Shown: positions 37,601 to 46,515, counted from the first letter of the stretch. The stretch is DNA of 59,442 nt from Bacteroidota bacterium (GCA_027487625.1 JAIYDG010000144.1:1-59442), one strand, 5' to 3'. Translations and numbers: made by a program. Notes: generated by a model from the sequence alone, not told the origin.

Positions 37601-38707
37601 GCAGTAAATGGAACTTCAACAGGTGGTTCAAATCCTGGTTTAACAAGAAGCAAAATTTTCTCAAACGGAACTGATTCATTGGCTTCTGCTAGTGGTGTTT
37701 TAGCTGATCCTTTTAACTACTTAAATCCTAATTTTGCTCCTCAGGTTGGTTCGCCTGCTTTAACTGGTGCTTCATTCAGTGATTCAAGAATTTCAGATCC
37801 TTTCTTTACTGCTACTTCATACAGAGGTGCATTAAGTGAAAATGCTGATAGTAACTGGACAAACTGCTGGTGTAATTTTGATCCTCAAAATGCAAATTAC
37901 AATTCATCACCAATTAATAACCCTGCTGCAACTGCTAACTTTACAGCTCCTACAACTTCTAACTCATTAAAAGTTGATTTTGCTAATACTTCATCAAATG
38001 CAGTATCATACATGTGGGATTTTGGTGTAGCTACTAGCACAACTGATACATCATCTGCTGCTAGTCCTAGCTTTACTTATCCTGCAAATGGTAAATACAC
38101 TGTAACATTAGTTGCAAAAAGCAAATGTGGTAATTCTGTTAAAACATTTGAAATAACTATTAATGATGTAAGTATCCTTCCAATAGTTGATTTCACATTT
38201 GTACAAAATACTACAACAGGTTCAAGAGAGTTAACTTTTACAAATGCAACAACTGAAAAAGGATTAACTATCGATTATTCATGGAAATTTGGTGATGGTG
38301 CAACTGCAAATACTAAAAATGCAACTCACACTTATACTTCAAATGGAAATTATACAGTTACTTTAATTGCAACTCATATTTATGGTGTTGATTCAGTTTC
38401 AAAAACAATTAATGTAATTGCTACATCAGTAAGTGAAGAAGTATCTGCTTTCAACAACTTTGTTATGTATCCAAATCCAACAAGAGAAAATGTAACTATT
38501 GATTTCAATTTAATTAAATCAGAAACAGTTTCAGTTTCAATTATGGATTTATCAGGTAAAGAAATCATCAGTTTACCTGCTTCTAGAATGAATGTTGGAA
38601 AACAATCAATGGAATTAAACACATCAGAATTATCTGAAGGTATGTATATCGTAAGAGTAAATGGAGTTGAATCTTCTATTAGCTCTAGATTGGTTATCAT
38701 AAAATAA
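34700..38707 (+). CDS. T9SS-secreted protein with an internally duplicated ~450-aa module, three PKD-like domains and a type-A CTD
   Basis: 1335 aa. After the signal peptide, two copies of a module carry GDWGG(I/L)VILGKA, CxTCPG, GNEINGLTMGG, FADDD.FEWFGG, NVDDD.D.DFG, TNGFESDNDGSG and CWCNF motifs. PKD-like segments follow (SWNFGDGNTS, MWDFG, SWKFGDGAT), and the C-terminus is FVMYPNPTRENVTI...MYIVRV. Confidence 0.8.
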   Translation: MKKLYLFIFVFLFSMVSFAQKARTIAGNIDANTTLFSDTIYTLDGYVYVKNNATLTIQPGTIIKGKSGTKATLIITRNGMINANGTPTRPIVFTSDKAINARSKGDWGGIVILGKAKINRPTDCSTCPGATVAAAEAGIQAAVEGDVDNTNGDALYGGNDDNHNSGTLRFVRIEFAGTVITPGNEINGLTMGGVGKATQINNIQVSFADDDGFEWFGGTVDAKHLVSFRNVDDDFDTDFGYTGKVQFGIALRDSLLYDIGTGPTTNGFESDNDGSGTEAQPFTEPTFSNMTILGPLANGTPLTYNNSFQNGARLRRNTSTSIFNSVFMGWNDGVFIDGARAVNKHQNDTLLYKNNILAGNIRAVNGTSTGGSNPTATRAKIFANANDSITSSAGILSDPFNYLNPNFTPASGSPALTGASFTGAKISDGFFNSTTYRGAMGSENWTSCWCNFNPNTANYDNAPLNLMPLTYDAGKDSTICSGRSLVIGQTLSGVYKATWFPTTGLSSATAARPTATPSVTTKYYVTVTDSVTGCAMVDSILVTVNPTPTANFTSANGTGAGVVEFTNTSTNATTYSWNFGDGNTSTATSPSNTYAANGTYTVRLTAISGTCNNATSRQINVTGIASPVRAFTGDITSNTTFYSDTIYIINGYTYVKNNATLTIQPGTIIKGGANKATLIITRNGKIEANGTKNQPIVFTSGKSAGQRAKGDWGGLVILGKAVINRPTDCTTCPGSAVAAGEAGIQNAVEGDLDNTSGDALYGGQDDNHNAGTLKYVRIEYAGTVITPGNEINGLTMGGIGKQTTIEYVQVSFADDDAFEWFGGSADAKHLVSYRNVDDDLDVDFGFSGRVQYAIVLRDSLLYDIGQGPTTNGFESDNDGSGSEAKPYTNPTFSNITVLGPLANGTALTYNNSFQNGARIRRNSSTSIYNSIFMGWNDALFIDGARSVNKHQNDTLMYKNNLLAGNIRAVNGTSTGGSNPGLTRSKIFSNGTDSLASASGVLADPFNYLNPNFAPQVGSPALTGASFSDSRISDPFFTATSYRGALSENADSNWTNCWCNFDPQNANYNSSPINNPAATANFTAPTTSNSLKVDFANTSSNAVSYMWDFGVATSTTDTSSAASPSFTYPANGKYTVTLVAKSKCGNSVKTFEITINDVSILPIVDFTFVQNTTTGSRELTFTNATTEKGLTIDYSWKFGDGATANTKNATHTYTSNGNYTVTLIATHIYGVDSVSKTINVIATSVSEEVSAFNNFVMYPNPTRENVTIDFNLIKSETVSVSIMDLSGKEIISLPASRMNVGKQSMELNTSELSEGMYIVRVNGVESSISSRLVIIK
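34763..36095 (+). repeat. Module copy 1 of the in-frame tandem duplication
   Basis: aa ~22-465 of the 1335-aa protein. Aligns colinearly, by eye at roughly three quarters identity, with aa ~628-1072. Confidence 0.85.
36581..37915 (+). repeat. Module copy 2 of the in-frame tandem duplication
   Basis: Begins VRAFTGDITSNTTFYSDTIY and ends CWCNFDPQNANYNSSP. Offset ~1818 nt from copy 1. Confidence 0.85.
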
Positions 38708-38720
38708 TCAAACCAAAAAA

Positions 38721-38757
38721 AGAAAACCTGCTGCTTAAAAACAGTAGGTTTTCTTTA
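38721..38757 (+). terminator. Terminator after the 1335-aa gene
   Basis: AGAAAACCTGCTG / CAGTAGGTTTTCT stem (one G:U pair) followed by a T-rich tail. Confidence 0.6.
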
Positions 38758-38923
38758 TAGTAAGGAGTAAATCTTTACAAAAAAGAAGTGGTGTAAAATA
38801 GAATGTGTTATAACAACAATTCAGAATTGCATCATACCCACAAGAATTAAGGTATTAAACCAAACGATTCTTACTCAAACGAAAGCTTGTTCTTGTAAAT
38901 AGGCTCTGTTTTGATCGACAGAC

Positions 38924-38950
38924 AAAAAGCCTCCCTCGGGAGGCTTTTTT
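38924..38950. terminator. Strong bidirectional terminator with no CDS immediately upstream on the + strand
   Basis: AAAAAGCCTCCC-TCG-GGAGGCTTTTTT. On the minus strand it lies downstream of the thiamine pyrophosphokinase gene and repeat copy B. Confidence 0.75.
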
Positions 38951-38980
38951 ATTTAGTACTAGTTAAACTCTCGCTTATTT

Positions 38981-39227
38981 TAGGGCCTGCTGAAAACCTT
39001 TAGTAGAACTTGTTATCAATCAATTAGACTATATTTTAATAATTTAAATGCAAGGTTTTAAGAGTAATTGCTTAAAATCCTTGCATTAAGTACAATTGGT
39101 TTTCAATTAACTTAAAGACAGAAACAAGGCCATCTTTGTCGTTGCTGCCAAATTGAAGTATTATATATACATCTGTTTTGGCAGCGTCTAAAATCTGACC
39201 TGTTTCAGTCTTTTTCAGCGGGCCCTA
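38981..39227 (+). repeat. Copy B of the TIR-bounded structured element, 247 nt
   Basis: Same 16-nt termini as copy A, a 63-nt identical core (39099-39161) and the same orientation. It lacks the 90-nt apical insertion. Confidence 0.85.
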
Positions 39228-39244
39228 TTTAATAATCGAAAATA

Positions 39245-39907
39245 TTAATCCCAACATTCCATCATTAATAAATCACCACTTTCATAAGTGATATAAATTT
39301 GTCCATCCTCCTCCACTTCATTACTACTACTGGTTCTATAACCTAATTCAAGTTCTTCATTATTTAAATTATAAACCAGTCCTTTTGTTGAAATACCACT
39401 TACTATACCAACAGGTATTAATGAAATAGGAGTTCCTTTTGTATACCATTTAGTATACTGCTTTTTTAACAAAAAGATTTTTGAGTAATCATCATAAATT
39501 ACCAAATTGGCTTTGTCTTTGTATCGTGCCAATAAAGTCATATTATTAATTGTATGGTCTGCTCTCCTTCCAGTAGCCCAAATAATATTTATAAAAGTAT
39601 TACCTCTTTCAATCAATAATTCTATACCCTTTTCCAAATCAGTTTTATTTTGGTCCGGAGTATGAACTATTTCTACTGAATTTTGGTAATTTAAAATTTC
39701 TCTTGGGTCTTTGTTTCTATCAAAATCACCTGCAAGAATATCAATCTTTATGCCTAGGGGAATTACTCTATCTATTGCACCATCTAAAACCATTACAATC
39801 GGACTCCATTCTAATAATTGATCAAGTAAATTACGTGAACAAGACTCGCCATTGGCAATAATCAAAGCAGGTTCTTGGCCGTCGCGTATAATATGGTGTG
39901 ATGACAT
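39245..39907 (-). CDS. Thiamine pyrophosphokinase
   Basis: The ATG at 39907 (MSSHHIIRDG...) is the likely start. Contains the GDFD motif (ILAGDFDR), DQNKTDLEK and RADH motifs, and a C-terminal thiamine-binding beta domain pattern. Confidence 0.75.
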   Translation of the reverse strand: MSSHHIIRDGQEPALIIANGESCSRNLLDQLLEWSPIVMVLDGAIDRVIPLGIKIDILAGDFDRNKDPREILNYQNSVEIVHTPDQNKTDLEKGIELLIERGNTFINIIWATGRRADHTINNMTLLARYKDKANLVIYDDYSKIFLLKKQYTKWYTKGTPISLIPVGIVSGISTKGLVYNLNNEELELGYRTSSSNEVEEDGQIYITYESGDLLMMECWD

Positions 39908-40016
39908 AATGATTTTTAAAAAACACAAAGGTAATATTAGCCTAACTATAAATTAAGGACAACTTAATCATTTGTTATTGTCGCTGTTCGTGCTTTGAAC
40001 AAATTTCAAAACAAAA

Positions 40017-43000
40017 ATGAAAAATACTTTACAAAATCTCAAATTATGCAGTACACTACTGGTACTCTTAGCTTTAGGATTAACACAAGTAAAAGCTCAA
40101 GTTAGCTTAAATTTCCTAGGAAGGTATTCAACAGGCATTTACAACAATGCTGCTGCTGAAATTACAGCCTATGATCCAATCACGAAAAGACTTTTTATTA
40201 CAAACGGTCCTGATACCTCACTAAAAATTGTGAATATCAGTAATCCAACAAATCCTACTTTAGTTACATCATTATCTATAAAACCTTATGGTATTGATTT
40301 AACATCTGTTACTTGCAAAAACGGAATTGTTGCAATTGCAGTAATCGATTCAAATGGAAAAACAAATCCAAGTAGCATCGTATTTCTTGATGCAAATGGA
40401 ACTTTCCTAAGTAAAGTAAAAGCTGGTCCAAATGCTGATATGATTACTTTTACTCCTGATGGAAGAAAAGTATTAGTAGCCAATGAAGGTGAACCAAACT
40501 TAGGTTATACAATCGATCCTGAAGGTTCTGTTTCTATCATTGATATCAGTGGTGGAATTTCTAATTTGAATCAATCTCACGTAAGTACAGCTACATTCAC
40601 AGCCTTTAATAATGTAACTTTAGACAAAAGCATCAGGGTATTTGGTAGAATCCAAACAACAGGTGGTGCTTTCTTAAGAAATTCAACTGTTGCTGAAGAT
40701 ATGGAACCTGAATACTTAGCAGTTTCAGATGATAGCAAAACTGTTTGGGCAACATGTCAAGAAAACAATTGTATTGCTGAAATTAGTGTCGATAGTGCTT
40801 ATATCAGAAAATTAATTCCATTAGGATTTAAGAATCATTCATTACCGGGCAACGGATTGGATGCTTCTGATAATGGTTCTACAATTAATATTGCAAACTA
40901 TCCTGTATTTGGTTTATACGATCCAGATGCAATTGCTTATTCAAGATTAAACAACACTAACTATTTATTCACTGCAAACGAAGGTGATGCTAGAGCTGAT
41001 TGGGGTGCTGCAAATGTTGAAGAAGTTAGATTTGGAAGTTCTGCATACGTTGTTGATACAGCTAAATTTGGTGGAACAGCAGCAGTTACAGCTTTAAAAG
41101 CAAATACTGCTTTAGGTAGACTTACTGTAAGCAACAGATTCGGTGATTTTAACAATGATGGTAAAATGGATTCTGCATTCTGCTTTGGTGGAAGATCTTT
41201 CTCTATTTGGGATGCAAATACAGGAACATTGGTTTGGGATAGCAAAGATGAATTTGAACAAATTATAAAAAATAGATTACCTGCAAATTTTAATGCCAGT
41301 CATACTGCAAATACATTAAAAAATAGAAGTGATGATAAAGGTCCTGAACCAGAAGCCATCACGCTTGGAAAAATAGGCGATAGTACTTATGCGTTCATTG
41401 GTTTAGAAAGAGTTGGTGGTATAATGGTATTTAATGTTACAAACCCAAGCAACCCTTATTTCGCTAATTATATCAATACAAGAAATTTCTCAGTTACACC
41501 TGGTTCTGGAACATTAGCAACTGTTGGTGATTTAGGTCCTGAAGGTTTAGTTTTTGTTCCTGCTTCACAAAGTCCAAATGGTAAAAACATGATTATTTTA
41601 TCAAATGAGATTAGTGGTACAGTTGCTTTATTTGAAATCAAATCAAAATCAGATTTCCAATTACAAGTTTTACATGCTTCAGATATGGAATCAGGAATTG
41701 ATGCTGTAATTGATGCACCAAACTTTGCAGCAGTATTAGACAAATTAGAAGATGAACACAATAGCACATTAAAATTAGCTTCTGGTGATTGTTATATCCC
41801 TGGACCGTTTTTAGCAGCAGGTGAAGATGCTAGTTTACAAACACCATTAAGAAATACTGCTTCATCATATTTCCCTGGAACAACTTCTGGTTTAAGAGCT
41901 GCAATTGGTAGAGTTGATATTGCTATGATGAATATTATGGGCTTCCAAGGTTCAGCTTTAGGAAACCATGAATTTGATTTAGGAACAGCGGAAGTTAACA
42001 GCATTATTGGTGTTGATATTAGAAGTAATGGTAACGATAAAAGATGGATTGGCGCACAGTTTCCATACTTAAGCGCAAACCTTGATTTTACAAATGATAT
42101 CAACTTATCATACTTATATACCAACCAAAGATTACATACAGATTCATTCAAAACTAAAGCAACTATTACAGCTAATTCACAAAAGAAAGGTTTAGCACCT
42201 TCTGCAATTGCAATGGTTAATGGACAAAAAATAGGATTGGTTGGTGCTACAACTCAATTGCTTGCTAATATTTCTTCACCTGGAGCAACAATAGTTAAAG
42301 GTGGTAATTCTGATAACATGGCTGCTTTGGCTGCTGTTTTACAACCAGTAATTGATTCATTAAGATTTACTGAAGGTATCAACAAAATTATTGTAATGAG
42401 TCATTTACAACAATTGGCAAATGAAGAAGCATTGGCTCCATGGTTAAAAGGAGTTGATATCATCATTGCCGGTGGTTCACATAGTTTATTAGCTGATAGC
42501 AATGATAGATTAAGAACTGGTCATACAGCAGTTAGAACTTATCCTATTATGAAAACCAATTTTGATGGTGAGCCATTAGCTATTTTAAATACTAGTTCAG
42601 AATGGAAATATATTGGAAGATTTGTTGTTGATTTCGACTCAGCGGGAGTAATTATTCCTTCGATGTTAAATAGTGTAATCAATGGAGCTTATGCTGCTGA
42701 TAGCGCAATGGTTACTTCATTATACGGAAATTATGCTACTGCATTCACAGCAGGAACAAAAGGTGCTTTAGTTAGAACTTTAACTTCTGCTATTGGAAAT
42801 GTCATCAACAATAAAGATGGTAATAAATTTGGTAAGACATCTGTATTCTTAGAAGGTAGAAGAAATGCAGTAAGAACAGAAGAATCAAACCTTGGAAATT
42901 TATCATCAGATGCAAACTTATGGGTTGCTAGAAGAGTTGATCCAACTGTAAAAATTTCTATTAAAAATGGTGGTGGAATTCGTTCTGCTATTGGTGAAGT

Positions 43001-45593
43001 ATTTGCTGCTGGTAGTTTGGTTGAATTAAGACCAACTGCTGCTAATCCTGGTGCTAATAAAGTAAGTGGTGATATTAGTCAGCTTGATATTGAAAACTCA
43101 TTACGTTTCAATAACAAACTTTCTATCTTAAGCGTAAATGCTGCTGGTTTAAGAAGAATTGTTGAACATGGTATTTCAGCTACAACTCCTGGTGCTACTC
43201 CTGGACAATTCCCTCAAGTTGGTGGAATTCAATTCAGTTATGATACCACATTGGCAAGAGGAAGCAGAATTCGTTCATTGGTTGTTTTAGACAGTTTAGG
43301 CGTAAGAACAGATACAGTAGTTAGAAATGGTCAATTATATGGCGATACTTCAAAAGTATTTAAATTGGTTACTTTAGACTTTTTAGCTGGTGGTGGTGAT
43401 AACTATCCTTTCCCTGCAAACGGATTCAACAGAATCAATTTAGATACAGCTTTAAAAGATTCTATGTATGCAAGATTCCAAGCCAATGGAACTGAACAAG
43501 ATGCTTTTGCTGATTTTATGTATGCGAAACACAATACTACAGCTTATGCAGTAAGAGATACAAACTTATTAGGTGATACAAGAATTCAGTTATTAAATGC
43601 AAGAAGAGATGGAATCTTCCCTGAAACCAATCCTGCAATAAGTATTGCTGCTGCAAGAGCAATCTCTGCTCCAACAATGGTAAGAATAAGAGGAGTTGTA
43701 ACACGTGCTTATGGAAGATTCATTTATATCCAAGATGCAACAGCTGGTATCGGTGTTCGTCAATCTTCTGGTGACATGGTAAATGCGATTACCAATAATT
43801 TGTTACAAGAAGGAGATAGCGTTGAAGTTCTAGGACCAAGAAACGACTTTAATAACTATGCACAAATTCAATTAGCAAGCGGAGTTTATACTAGCACAAA
43901 TACAGTTATCAAATTAGGAACTACAAGTGTACCTGCACCTATTGAATTAACATTAAAACAAATTAACCAACAAGGTGAAATGTATGAAAGTAGATTGGTA
44001 AAAGTTGTTGGATTAAACAGCATTCAAAAAGGAACATTCACTGCTAGTTCAAATGTTACAGTTTATGATGGAAGCACTGCCGGAGATACAACAATCCTAA
44101 GAATTTTAGCTTCTGCTGATACTGAAATTGATGATGCACCAGCTCTTAAAATTCCTAATGGAGATTTTGTGTTTGAAGGAATTTTAGCTCAGTTCTGTAG
44201 TTCACCTGCTGCCAATTGTGCTACTGGTTACCAATTGTATGCTGTAAGAAAAAAAGACATTACTCCTAGTGTTATTCAATTGGGTATGTTTAACTTATTA
44301 AATCCAGCTGATAATGCTGTTTTAACAACTAAATCAAACAACTCAACAAATGTTGTAATCGATTGGAATAACTCAAACAAAGCAGTTTCTTATAAATGGA
44401 TGTTAGATGTACCTTCTGGAAACTTCTCTGCTCCTGTATTAACAATACCTGCTATGGCAAAAGATACATTTATCTCACTTAGAAATAGTCAAATCGATAC
44501 TGTCTTAGCTGGTTTAGGATTAAAAACAGGCGATTCAATTGCTACTAAATGGACAGTTTATGCATACAGTGCAAACAACGATTCATTGATGAGCAATAAT
44601 ACTTTCAACCTAACTTTAAAAAGAGCTGCGGTATTAACTCCATTTGCATTGGTTAGTCCACTTAACAATTCAAGAGTAGTAGTTAAAGAAGGTGCTGCTG
44701 ATATCATCCAAGCTAAATGGAACAAATCACAAGCTGCTATTGGATACAAATGGAAAGCTACTCCATTAAATGGAACTTTCACTAATGCTTTATTAAGTGT
44801 TGCATCCGATAAAGTAGGAACTGATACTGTATTAACTTTAAACTCAGGTTTGGTTGATGGTATTTTAGCTGGATTAGGTATTCAAAAAGGTGATTCAGTT
44901 GAATTAAAATGGACAGTTTATGCTTTCGAAAATGTTACTGATTCATTAGAAGCTAGTAATGTATTTAACATCAAATTGGTGAGAGCAAATCCTTTAAATG
45001 CATTTAATTTATTAACTCCATCAAATGGAGCAAGATTAGTAGTTAAAGAAGGTGATAATACACCAGTAAGCATTACTTGGGAAGCTTCAAACAATGTTGC
45101 TTCTTACAAATGGATTGCTTCAACTAATACAACATTAATTCCTGAATTATTGAGAATCAATTCTGATAATAACGGTAAAGCAACTACATTAACTTTAACA
45201 TCAAATGCAATTGATGCTGTTTTGGCTGCCAATGGTATCGCAAAAGGAGATTCATTGGAATTAAAATGGACAGTTAGAGCTTATGATGCAACAGATTCAT
45301 TACAAGCAAACCAAGTCTTTGGAGTTAAAATCATCAGAGACAGAGCTACCGGAATTGATGTTGTAAATGCAGGTAACAACTGGACTATTTACCCAGTACC
45401 AACAAGTTCAATATTAAATATAAGCAGTAAAAACAACAGTTCATTTGTTGCTGAAATTATGAGTATGGATGGTAAATCATTGAAAAAATCGAATATCTCA
45501 AGTATTGATGTTTCAGATTTAAGTTCAGGAATGTATATTTTGATGATACACTCAGAAGGACAAAGCAAATCGTTTAGATTTACTAAAGACTAA
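40017..45593 (+). CDS. Giant T9SS-secreted fusion: choice-of-anchor-I-like propeller + 5'-nucleotidase/metallophosphoesterase + OB-fold + three repeat domains + CTD
   Basis: 1858 aa. Signal peptide, then N-terminal AAEITAYDP...RLFITNG / EPEY / GPEG repeats. Calcineurin-like phosphoesterase motifs follow (HASDMES, GNHEFDLG), then a 5'-NT C-terminal-like region and an OB-fold like those in extracellular nucleases (VRIRGVVTRAYGRFIYIQD...EGDSVEV). Three ~119-aa repeats and the CTD (WTIYPVPTSSILNI...MYILMI) complete the protein. Confidence 0.75.
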   Translation: MKNTLQNLKLCSTLLVLLALGLTQVKAQVSLNFLGRYSTGIYNNAAAEITAYDPITKRLFITNGPDTSLKIVNISNPTNPTLVTSLSIKPYGIDLTSVTCKNGIVAIAVIDSNGKTNPSSIVFLDANGTFLSKVKAGPNADMITFTPDGRKVLVANEGEPNLGYTIDPEGSVSIIDISGGISNLNQSHVSTATFTAFNNVTLDKSIRVFGRIQTTGGAFLRNSTVAEDMEPEYLAVSDDSKTVWATCQENNCIAEISVDSAYIRKLIPLGFKNHSLPGNGLDASDNGSTINIANYPVFGLYDPDAIAYSRLNNTNYLFTANEGDARADWGAANVEEVRFGSSAYVVDTAKFGGTAAVTALKANTALGRLTVSNRFGDFNNDGKMDSAFCFGGRSFSIWDANTGTLVWDSKDEFEQIIKNRLPANFNASHTANTLKNRSDDKGPEPEAITLGKIGDSTYAFIGLERVGGIMVFNVTNPSNPYFANYINTRNFSVTPGSGTLATVGDLGPEGLVFVPASQSPNGKNMIILSNEISGTVALFEIKSKSDFQLQVLHASDMESGIDAVIDAPNFAAVLDKLEDEHNSTLKLASGDCYIPGPFLAAGEDASLQTPLRNTASSYFPGTTSGLRAAIGRVDIAMMNIMGFQGSALGNHEFDLGTAEVNSIIGVDIRSNGNDKRWIGAQFPYLSANLDFTNDINLSYLYTNQRLHTDSFKTKATITANSQKKGLAPSAIAMVNGQKIGLVGATTQLLANISSPGATIVKGGNSDNMAALAAVLQPVIDSLRFTEGINKIIVMSHLQQLANEEALAPWLKGVDIIIAGGSHSLLADSNDRLRTGHTAVRTYPIMKTNFDGEPLAILNTSSEWKYIGRFVVDFDSAGVIIPSMLNSVINGAYAADSAMVTSLYGNYATAFTAGTKGALVRTLTSAIGNVINNKDGNKFGKTSVFLEGRRNAVRTEESNLGNLSSDANLWVARRVDPTVKISIKNGGGIRSAIGEVFAAGSLVELRPTAANPGANKVSGDISQLDIENSLRFNNKLSILSVNAAGLRRIVEHGISATTPGATPGQFPQVGGIQFSYDTTLARGSRIRSLVVLDSLGVRTDTVVRNGQLYGDTSKVFKLVTLDFLAGGGDNYPFPANGFNRINLDTALKDSMYARFQANGTEQDAFADFMYAKHNTTAYAVRDTNLLGDTRIQLLNARRDGIFPETNPAISIAAARAISAPTMVRIRGVVTRAYGRFIYIQDATAGIGVRQSSGDMVNAITNNLLQEGDSVEVLGPRNDFNNYAQIQLASGVYTSTNTVIKLGTTSVPAPIELTLKQINQQGEMYESRLVKVVGLNSIQKGTFTASSNVTVYDGSTAGDTTILRILASADTEIDDAPALKIPNGDFVFEGILAQFCSSPAANCATGYQLYAVRKKDITPSVIQLGMFNLLNPADNAVLTTKSNNSTNVVIDWNNSNKAVSYKWMLDVPSGNFSAPVLTIPAMAKDTFISLRNSQIDTVLAGLGLKTGDSIATKWTVYAYSANNDSLMSNNTFNLTLKRAAVLTPFALVSPLNNSRVVVKEGAADIIQAKWNKSQAAIGYKWKATPLNGTFTNALLSVASDKVGTDTVLTLNSGLVDGILAGLGIQKGDSVELKWTVYAFENVTDSLEASNVFNIKLVRANPLNAFNLLTPSNGARLVVKEGDNTPVSITWEASNNVASYKWIASTNTTLIPELLRINSDNNGKATTLTLTSNAIDAVLAANGIAKGDSLELKWTVRAYDATDSLQANQVFGVKIIRDRATGIDVVNAGNNWTIYPVPTSSILNISSKNNSSFVAEIMSMDGKSLKKSNISSIDVSDLSSGMYILMIHSEGQSKSFRFTKD
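44280..45344 (+). repeat. Three tandem ~355-nt in-frame repeats (~119-aa domains)
   Basis: Units start near 44280, 44631 and 44991. Each contains ...(S/G)YKW...L(A/S)GLG(L/I)(K/Q)(T/K)GDS(I/V/L)..KWTV(Y/R)A(Y/F)... Confidence 0.7.
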
Positions 45594-45613
45594 TTCAAAA
45601 TACGATTTTTAAG

Positions 45614-45650
45614 GAAAGCCTCTTCATTCATTTGAAGAGGCTTTCTTTTT
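45614..45650 (+). terminator. Terminator after the 1858-aa gene
   Basis: GAAAGCCTCTTCA / TGAAGAGGCTTTC 13-bp stem plus a T-run. Confidence 0.75.
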
Positions 45651-45663
45651 ATATATTTGGAAC

Positions 45664-46515
45664 ATGAATAGCTTATTAAAAACTTTATTTATTTGTTTTC
45701 TTTTAGGTTTGATGCAAAATCTTCAAGCCCAAAACTATACTTGTTTAACCTACAATATTCGTTATGCCAACGAGAATGATGGTGAAGATAAATGGAGTAT
45801 CCGCAAAGACTTTTTAATCAAACAAATTCAAAATCAAAAGCCTGATTTTTTTGGAGTACAAGAAGCATTGGCTTCACAAATGGATTATATACAACTTAAC
45901 CTAAAAAATTTCAGACCCATTGGTGGAGGAAGAGATGATGGGATGAGAAAAGGAGAGTTTTCTGGCATTTTCTATAATATCACCAAATTTATGGTTGTTA
46001 GAAGTGGGCAGTTCTGGTTAAGCGAAACACCCAACGAAATTGGTATTGGCTGGGATGCTGCTTTGCCAAGAATCTGCACCTATGCACTTTTAAAAGATAT
46101 TAAAACTATGCAATCATTCTGGGTATTCAATGCACATTTTGATCATGTTGGTGAAATGGCTAGAGAAAACAGTGCAAAACTAATACTACAAAAAACCAAG
46201 GAATTCAACTCACAAAACCTGCCAGTTGTGGTGATGGGTGATTTAAATATGGAAGAAGGCACAGAAGGAATTCGGGTTTTGGCAGATAATTTTCAAGATG
46301 CCAAAACAGTTGCTAAAAAAGTAACACAAACACAAGCAGGAACCTTCAATGGATTTAAAGTTGATGAACCCGCAGTAGCACGAATAGATTATATATTTCT
46401 TTCAAAGGAAATCAAAATAGTTAACCGTTATGAAGTGCTGATTGAAAAGCCAAATGGACGTTATCCTTCAGATCATTTTCCTGTTATAGTAAACTTTGAA
46501 TTACCTAGAAAATAA
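45664..46515 (+). CDS. Secreted endonuclease/exonuclease/phosphatase (EEP) family protein
   Basis: 283 aa. Signal peptide, then the EEP motifs LTYNIRY, GVQE, N.HFDH, GDLN and SDHFPV. Confidence 0.85.
   Translation: MNSLLKTLFICFLLGLMQNLQAQNYTCLTYNIRYANENDGEDKWSIRKDFLIKQIQNQKPDFFGVQEALASQMDYIQLNLKNFRPIGGGRDDGMRKGEFSGIFYNITKFMVVRSGQFWLSETPNEIGIGWDAALPRICTYALLKDIKTMQSFWVFNAHFDHVGEMARENSAKLILQKTKEFNSQNLPVVVMGDLNMEEGTEGIRVLADNFQDAKTVAKKVTQTQAGTFNGFKVDEPAVARIDYIFLSKEIKIVNRYEVLIEKPNGRYPSDHFPVIVNFELPRK

Noticed and set aside
34763-37915. Long direct repeat that could be mistaken for a duplicated IS, a CRISPR-like array or an assembly artefact.
   Set aside because: Both copies are in one uninterrupted reading frame. 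They are diverged (~75-80% at protein level by eye) and have conserved motifs. This is an in-frame protein module duplication.
39908-40016. TPP riboswitch upstream of the thiamine pyrophosphokinase gene. Likewise a glycine riboswitch upstream of kbl (30163-30262) and a cobalamin riboswitch upstream of the TonB receptor (31496-31607).
   Set aside because: The leaders are short (about 100-110 nt) and lack the conserved cores (CUGAGA / ACCUGA for TPP, the B12 box, or tandem glycine aptamers).
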